DNA of 64,000 nt from Perkinsus chesapeaki ATCC PRA-425 (lineage: Eukaryota > Protista > Perkinsozoa), in the NCBI GenBank assembly GCA_013115145.1, contig JAAPAO010000136.1, forward strand, positions 2,280-66,279, given 5' to 3'. The stretch's first letter is position 1. Each line of letters opens with the position of its first letter. Shown here in pieces: positions 52,501 to 64,000 of the stretch. The translations under genes were made by a program, and so were the position numbers. Below the pieces are notes generated by a model. That model was not told where the DNA came from. It searched no databases and saw only the letters and a list, made by a program, of their open reading frames with translations.

Positions 52501-53792
52501 TTAGCCTACAGGTTCCTTTTCGTGTAGGCCAAAAGGCAGTTTAACAACTTCATCATAGAGAAGCTCGCCATAGATCAGCATGACAAAGCCGACCAACTGT
52601 AGGATGGACCACGCCGTGAGAGGCTCACCAAGACCCTCACCGGGAGCGGCATAGAACCTGACAATAGGAATGAGTTGGATGAACACGCGGATACTTTAAG
52701 GTGAATCAATAGGTGTAGTCTACACAGTTAGTTCCATTATACTAGAGTTACTAGAAATATAAAGTACTATTGGAAAGAATATATAAACCTATGTGCACAC
52801 GGGAGGGGATTCTAGAGAAAATTATCATTCTGAAGCGCCCTGTTAAAGGTAATAAGAATAGTAGGAGTGTAGGAGTACACTTACATAATGACAGATACGA
52901 TCCAGATAAGGATGGTCCTGGTGGCATCGAGGAAGGTGTGATGAACCGCAGAAGCAGTAGCAGTAACCATAACACCACAGAGATTGAATACAAACACCGA
53001 GATGACAAAAGATATTGTCAACCACATAAGGGTAGATGAATGTCCCAGCATTATAAAGGAATCTTTGGTGTTCTCAATAACACCACCAACATCACCACCA
53101 TGGATAGCTCCAACTATGGGGAGAGCGACGGCAACCATGAAAATGGTGCCCCAGAAACCCTCAAGGCCGACAAGGGCCACCGGGGAAACGTCATGCGGAG
53201 GCTTCAAAAGGAACTCTTCGATAACGTATTGAGCGGCACAGACAACCTGACCGCCTACGATGAAGCAGATACCGAGGAGGAGCTTGCCGAGACTGACCAC
53301 TTGTGTCTGGTTTTCACGAGAGGCAACGCTGGATAGACCGACAAAGACCAACGCAATGACGCAAATGATAACACCGGCCCAATTATGACGGTACATCTTA
53401 CGATGGAGGAAGAGAACCGAAAGGGCAGCAGAGAAGATAAGGATACTTCCCTTAAGCATTTGGAACACCGAAACGGGAGTGTAGACGAGACCAATGGCTT
53501 GGAAGGAAGAACCAAGGAGATCGAACATGGAGGGTATCGCCACCACGAAGAGAACACGCTTGTTGACCTTATCGTGCTTAATTTTACGCATCCACAGCAA
53601 AAGATAGTAGACAGGTAGGGCCAGGAACATGGCAACAAACATAACCAGACTCATGAACCAAGGCTTCTCGAAAAGATGGTATATACCATCAATGCCGATG
53701 GCACCGGTTTGAAACTGGAGCTTCTCTACAATGGAGTTAGCTGAACCAGCCAATAGGCCTATGGTGAATACTATGGCAAAAGTGCTCCACAT
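52501..53792 (-). CDS. SLC35F6-like nucleotide-sugar/drug-metabolite transporter
   Basis: FEKPWFMSLVMFVAM, AIPSMFDLLGSS, VSVFQMLKGSILIFSA, LVGLEGFWG, LDATRTILIWIVSV, and final exon WSILQLVGFVMLIYG..YDEVVKLP. Confidence 0.85.
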
Positions 53793-53958
53793 TGTACAGG
53801 AGGCAGAAGGATTATATTAAATAGCAACCTATAGAGAAGCGTGTTGCTGTGGCATTTATTACTAGCCCTGTGTAGCTCGATCACTTGCTCTCTTACCAAG
53901 ACTTGCATTTCCTCAACGGTAATACTGAACTGCGCAGATCATCTTCTTTATCGTTGAA

Positions 53959-57866
<3,908 letters not shown>

Positions 57867-57969
57867 TCGTTACTGCTGCCAGTACGTTACATTACGTGTT
57901 AAATTTCCCGAGTAAAGATTTGTCGTGTTAAAAAGTTCAAAAGATTCCCGGAGGTTAGATTGACAGACA

Positions 57970-58744
57970 ATGTCAAATACAGACAGGCAAGAGTTGAGTG
58001 AGAATTGCAAGTCGAACGCAGAAGAGGAAGATGACGAACAGTTTAAGCGAGCGATGGAACTTGTCGAAAGGAGGCTTCGAGACCTGTAAGGGACTTATTA
58101 ACTGGGTTTTCGTACTGCTATTATTAACTACGTGTCTATTATATTCGATACATATTTATCATGCCACCAGTTTATGCAGCCATTTGATAAAGTAGTGGTG
58201 GTGGTGGTTTCAATGGTGAATGTGGAAGTGTCCATGCATGATCTTGTGAACCCTTGTAAACCAATTTGGTTCTCCACATCTATCTTTGGCTCATAATCGC
58301 AATTCATCTCTCAGTGATGCCGACTACGAAGCGACCCTAGCAGCCGAGAAGCCTAAAGACTCGGACCCACCAGAGGACCTAGGGTAAGGGCCTGTTCAAT
58401 TGGTTGATTATATATTCTCATTCAGATACGGTTTACTTCGCAGCGAGAGTTGCTCGAGCTCAGAGGATGATGGCTTTGGTGCATTTACAAGTGGTGAAGT
58501 CTTGGACGAGCCTGCTGATGCCCAGCAAAGTCAGCCAACAGTTATCCATCCCAAACCGTAGGTCGTCTTATTGGTAAGGCAAATGATACTGACTATTAGG
58601 ATGTCGTCGGAGAAGCGCGAGCGAATCAAGCAAGCCATGGCTGAGATGCCAAAGCCACCGATGCCCGAGTGGGCTCGTGCTTTAAGTGATGAAGAGTTCC
58701 TTAGAGCTGTCCTCTCGGACGGTGGCCATCGTAAAGGCCAATAG
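57970..58744 (+). CDS. MEA1 (male-enhanced antigen 1)-like small protein
   Basis: Four-exon path ends MSSEKRERIKQAMAEMPKPPMPEWARALSDEEF, resembling from memory the MEA1 core (M..E.V..IK..M...LP...P.WA..ISD..W). Confidence 0.55.
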
Positions 58745-58920
58745 ATCTCCCAATGGTTTTCATACAAAGTGTGTCATACTTTATGTTGTGTTATACAGTA
58801 AGGATAAAGACGAGGGTTCCCAACGACACGAAATTCACCGTATTCGCTTATCAACACTTTGAGGAGCCCAGAGGGTTTCAGGACAGCTTCGTACTAGTTA
58901 AAGCAACACAGTAAAGACGC

Positions 58921-60512
58921 TCAGAAACGAACAGAAACATTATCGAACGACATGACACGGTTGTTGGGGACGAGGAGCACATCGATGGAGTATGGCTCAA
59001 CCTTCACCTCACGGAGAGCAGTGTAATCATGCAGAGCCATCGAACGAAGTAGCTCATCGACCTGAAAGATACTCAGCTATTAGAGGTTGCGCACTGTGAA
59101 GGATACCTGAGATTGGTAGCGAGGCTGCTGGGCTACCTCGGCCATTTCGAATTCAACGCATCTTTTTAATTTTCTCAAATCCTTCAAATTCATACTTGCC
59201 AGTTGATTGAAGCTTGGGGAGGATAAATAGCTTATCTGGAATGCCGCCAAAACCATTGCCGCCGACTCGGATGGAAGAGCCGTTGAAGGCTCCCTATTTG
59301 GCAGCAGATCTCCGATGCTCGGGATGGTACCATCACTGAGGTCCCAGCCCATGAACCGCAAGCCATAGAGGAAGAAGGCCTCGTAGGTGATCTTCGACCC
59401 AACAAGAGCTGTTGTTGTTGCTATAGGGCAGGACAGTCGGAAACAGTCGGCTATGAAACGCAACTGATAGAGCGGAAATTCTTAATGCCGCCGGGAACTT
59501 GTTACATAGGATCCTGTACTCCACCCTCGACCGTTCCGGCCCTGATCCTCATTAGTCATATTAACCCTTTTCAATAAGCCACTGTGCCTGTACGGTACGA
59601 GAGATATCGAATGTAGAGCCAACAGGAAGGACTCCTGATCTGTGTCTCTGACCAACCTGAGAACACCTATGTGTGGTGCCTCGTCGGTCGGTTACCTGTT
59701 CGCCAAATCCTCTATCTCCGAGTCTAGATCAGCCCCACCTCCTCGTTGCGCTCTGCACCTTATATAAAGCAACTGAGCTCTCACTTCTGGTGAAGATACT
59801 CCAGCGGCAGACGGCAGTCGAGCCTCAAGCTGAGGCGAGCGAATGGCCATCTGTCAGAGTGATGGACACCATGCAAGCTCCACGGGATACCTTAGCCAAC
59901 CCGAAGACGATACCAACAAGTCCCCGCGTGTCCAGCCGTCGGCCTCCAGAGCTCGTCTCTAGCAGCTGCACTGCTCGATCGATGACCTTCCTCCAGATCT
60001 CCATGTCTCTCACTTCTGTCCGATACCTGCGCCGAATACCGCATCCGAAAAGCCTTCGTTCTCACAGTGCTGTCGACATGAGCGGCAAGTCCCTTCCTTT
60101 AAAGTCAGATGCCAAAGCACAACCGACACACTCAGCCACCAATGACCTTATGCAGGCCATGTCCGCTTTAGTCACATCATAGTTCACCGCGGCTGCAGCT
60201 CCCAACGCCACATGGGCCAAGGCCGTTGGGGACAGCGGAGTTGTGTGCATTCCAGGAGCCTGATCTCCCTTGAGACCTACTCAAGTGAGCATACTCCCTC
60301 CTACTCTACCAGAGGTTACCTCTATCGTTGAGATACCAAACAACATCCATGATTCTCACAGGCGTCTTCCTGTCCCCGAATTGTGTAGTGGTTAAATGCC
60401 TCAATAGAAGCGATAGTGTTTCGATGTCAGGTCGGTTGGCGTCCAGAAATGCCCGAAGAGTCCCTCCCGTCCGAGCCTCGTGGTGAACGTACTTCCTCAA
60501 AAACCTTGCCAT
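58921..60512 (-). CDS. Helical-repeat protein with RAP-like C-terminus (HPR/OPR-type organellar RNA-binding candidate)
   Basis: Repeat-like segments FKGRDLPLMSTAL and LDTRGLVGIVFGLAK; terminal exon LRSMALHDYTALREVKVEPYSIDVLLVP resembles a RAP-domain start. Confidence 0.5.
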
Positions 60513-60612
60513 GTCCTTCGGCAACTACCATTCCTCTCGTCACTTTTTAAACACAATAATCTCCCATAGGCGGCAATGGTAGAATAAATTTTACGTAAAG
60601 GCAAGCAAAGTG

Positions 60613-62132
60613 TCATCCAAACATATCAACTTCTTCATCTTCTTTCTTTTTTTCCTCGGTGGCATTCAGCACCTTCGAACTCTTCACAAACGTCATTCGG
60701 AAGGGGTTGCTGGAGGTAACGCTCGGCTTGCTGGCTCCACTGGCCACTTCCATCATCCTCTTTTCCATCAATGACCTCGGTGCTGGACCAGAGGCTGCCT
60801 CGGATGCATACCCTAGACCAGGCCGGGCTGCCTCCGCCTCCACACCACCAAAGGAACCGTCAGGATCTGTAACAGCGCTGGGATTCGAACCCGATACCGG
60901 AGGCTTACTCATGTTGAGATTCCTGATCTCCCTGTTGGCCTCTGTTTCCTCAGTCCTCTCAAGCATCTCCAACTCTCTCTCCTCCTTCCTCAACTTCGCT
61001 TCCCGCAATCCTTCCTTCCATCCTGTGTAACCCTCCAATCGTCTTTTGCGTTCCCGCAGCAAAGCCGATCGATCCTAACAGCACCAATCCTCAGAGGAGC
61101 CGCGGGCCATCACCAGCTTTGTATTTCACGTAATAACAGCTCACCGCGAGACGAACCATACAAGAGTTCTACGAGACCATCTAAACCCATCGTTCCATGT
61201 CCATGCCCCCCCACCAGTACCTGGTACATCTGCGCCCGAGCCTTCTCTCCTTCACGTTCATCTTCCGTCTTACTAAATATTTTCTTTCTAGCATAATTGC
61301 TATGCATACCGAATGCCCCTCCACTGGTCTCGACTACCGGCTGGGCCACAGCCTCCTGCTCATCATTCTGCCCTGTTGCTGGATCCCTCACATCGCACCG
61401 CATAAAACACCTCCTCCCCAGTTGTATTTGCCCTCCCCTATTCTTAATATTAATTTTTTCTCCTCTGTCCAGCTCCCTACCGTCCACTATAACCAATCCA
61501 TGCAAGGCCTGCAGCTGAAAACAATGCTGCTTCTTGCTCCAGGACACTCTACACTGTTTCGTCTGATGCAGATCGCTGAACTGGCTAAGGTCAGGTATAT
61601 GTCTGCCCAGGTCCCCACCGACTGTATCGACCCTCAAGATCTTCTCCGCTCTCTCCCAGGGGGCATCTAAGTTCTCTAAATACGTTCTCATTTGATCATT
61701 CTCATCCGCCCCCGCCTCTGGAATGAAGTGCTGCAGAACCCAAAGCTTGCCAAGGATGGGCAAATCTCGGAGAGTCTTCTCCACTCTCTTCGACAGTTTC
61801 AGATTCCCAACCGTTTCGTCGATCGCTTTATTGATTTCACCAACCTGCTTAGCATCTGGAGGGGCTTGTTTAAACGACAAGTACAGCTCCGGGCCACCGG
61901 TGGTGAGTAGCTCTGCGGGAGGTCGAGGGACATCCGGCCCAATTTCCCGTGGGTCAGCCAGCGACCAGATCTCCCTTCCCTCCGAGACAAGAGACTCGTA
62001 CTCATGCATTACCACTTGAGGGAGCGTCAACGAGTACAACTTCCCCGTTCGGGAGGAAAAACAATAGCCAACCGTTGGCGTTCGGAAATTCCAGACCTGC
62101 GCGGACGATTCAACGCCTATCCCACCCGACAT
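60613..62132 (-). CDS. FHA-like domain protein with charged C-terminal tail
   Basis: VGGDLGRHIPDLSQFS..QCRVSWSKKQHCFQLQALHGLVIVDGRELDRGEKINIK..GQIQLG resembles an FHA fold; spliced to the E/K/R-rich ORF 60613-61062. Confidence 0.55.
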
Positions 62133-62248
62133 AGTACATCCACGCAATCCTTAAAAGCGTTCTTCATCTCCTTTTGATGAGGTAATAACTGAATAGCAGC
62201 GTCGCCTCTATCATTACCAGTCGGCTTATTGGACATGAGAATACTTAC

Positions 62249-62284
62249 AAAGGTCCCCGGTTCAATTCCCAGCCCCTCCATTTT
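62249..62284 (+). pseudogene. tRNA 3'-half-like fragment followed by TTTT
   Basis: AAAGGTCCCCGGTTCAATTCCCAGCCCCTCCA-TTTT gives variable loop, B-box and acceptor-like end; no 5' half upstream. Confidence 0.45.
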
Positions 62285-62362
62285 ATACTAATAACTCTGC
62301 ATCATAATAAACAGACAACAACAACATTGATATATCATAACATCATTTATCCATTATTGACA

Positions 62363-63816
62363 CTACTTGGACTGATCGGGCTCATCAACACCCCTCACAA
62401 AGAGGTCGTATATCGCCTTTACCGCATTCTTCAGTTGCTCCTCCTGCGTACCTTGGTTGTTAGTAAGACCAGCTGTACGTCCATAAGCGATCAGCTGCTC
62501 TTTGCACGACCCTTCTCTAGATACTCCTCCATCGAGAGCCTTTAAAGATATTTCCCTCCCCTTATTTCTATCCAAGTCATCCTCAGTCCACGGCCTGAAA
62601 CCGAATGTTACATAACCTTGCCTCGTTTAATTATCTCACTTCGGTCGGACCAACTCATACTGTTGAATCTTTAACTGCTCACCCTTAAGGCCTCCTACTT
62701 GAATAGTAATAGTTGTACCATCGACACCCTACAGTTCGTGAGATAATTCACCTTCCGAAGGCACCAACATACTTACAGCAGTGGCCGAGCATTCCGTGTA
62801 TTCACTCTTCGTCTTTTGATTTTGCATCTCATTGCTCGCCTTGCCCCAAACTATAAGCGGCGAAGTACGCTTTTGGTGGGCATCTCCGAGAGACTTGAGT
62901 GCATTTCTTATACGAGGAGCAATCCCATCCTTTATAGAAGCCCCGAGCAGGTCCCCATCTTCAACATCCTTTGTTATCTTCTCCTGATTCGCCTTAACAC
63001 TACGGAACCATTTCTCAGCGTTCTTTTTCACGGCTTCTTCGCATTGTTCAAGCTCTACCATCGGCACTCTACTATCGGTTACCTCATCGACGTTACGTAC
63101 AACAGTGAGACGGTTGAAACCATTTTGCCTGCCAGCATTCGGTCCCTAGCTTACCAGAGACTCTTCACCTACTGATTAATCCAGGAATAGACATACTGAA
63201 CCTTGCCCTCCCGTCTATCATCGGTTGGGTACCATAACACTTCCGCTCCAGCGCCCACGCCAGCCTAGGCAAGTATAGCAAACTGAGGCCTCTTAAAAGG
63301 AAACTTCCTCACATTATCCTTTGTTGAACTGTCCGTTGACGGGAAGAGAAACGGTACATCACAAGCTCCCTAATGTAAAAGGAGAATACAACAATACTTC
63401 AGGAAGTACTATTACAACTAGTATCGGAGGCTGATCCTCAGGGCGAGCAGAGACCTGAAGATGATAATACAAGAATCAACCAAAGAAGGATATATACTTT
63501 GGTAATAGCATTGGGCTTATCCGCGTGATGACTAGGAGCAGCCGGAGGGCGGGCAGAGGCTCCGGGTGAGATAACCTGTGCGCCAAGGTACCATTAGACG
63601 GTATAAGAAGAGTTATCCGAGGGCAGACGAAGACAGTAATCTCACTTTAGATTCGTCAGTTCTACTTCTGCTGCGACTTAGTCTTCTTTTGATGTTGTTC
63701 AACTTGGGCCACCTGGACTTTTTCTGCTTTGCATTTTTATCCGATCCACTGGCCGAAGCTCCCTCAGCCACATAGACAACACATGCCGCAGCGATGAGGT
63801 GTTGGGTGAAGCGCAT
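62363..63816 (-). CDS. Secreted hypothetical protein (multi-exon)
   Basis: Signal-like MRFTQHLIAAACVVYVAEGASA; downstream ORFs 62729 and 62363 are co-oriented and separated by intron-like gaps. Confidence 0.5.
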
Positions 63817-64000
63817 TTGAATGGGCAGAACAACAACAAGAACAGCTAAATTGGGAGAAGCTTTGCTAAGAGTCATATTAGAGCTGCCGTAACAAGATAC
63901 CGTGATATTGGAAACGAAGTATCGTGCGTGTGGCGACGAACCAAGGTGTCCGTCGGAAAGAGCTGGTGGCGGATCCATAATGAACACAATGCAGATGACG

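Overview
Eukaryotic, gene-dense draft-assembly window with one 98-N gap (17733-17830). Most introns are 40-55 nt GT-AG. The style suggests an alveolate, probably Perkinsus-like; this is inference, not verified. Recognisable genes: TM-RING-H2 E3 ligase, mitochondrial-type Era GTPase (with an antisense tRNA-Arg(ACG) in one intron), CNOT9/RCD1, CDC48/p97, MsrB, a 16-knuckle CCHC protein, two intronless head-to-head ferric-reductase/NOX-family genes forming a 3.5 kb palindrome, VPS52, a bestrophin-family channel, an SLC35F6-like transporter, DDX41/abstrakt, and MEA1-like, RAP/HPR-like and FHA-like proteins. The main unexplained system lies at about 8.8-29.5 kb. It is a co-oriented cluster of six unannotatable genes (five with signal peptides, one probable pseudogene) that share recurring Cys-anchored modules. 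The two largest copies are sharp-edged mosaics of near-identical and highly diverged blocks, which fits a recombination-diversified secreted (effector/surface) family. Two tandem arrays (29 bp; 45 bp with a 90-bp higher-order pattern) and two tRNA 3'-half-like fragments are also present. Exon boundaries were reconstructed by eye and are approximate.
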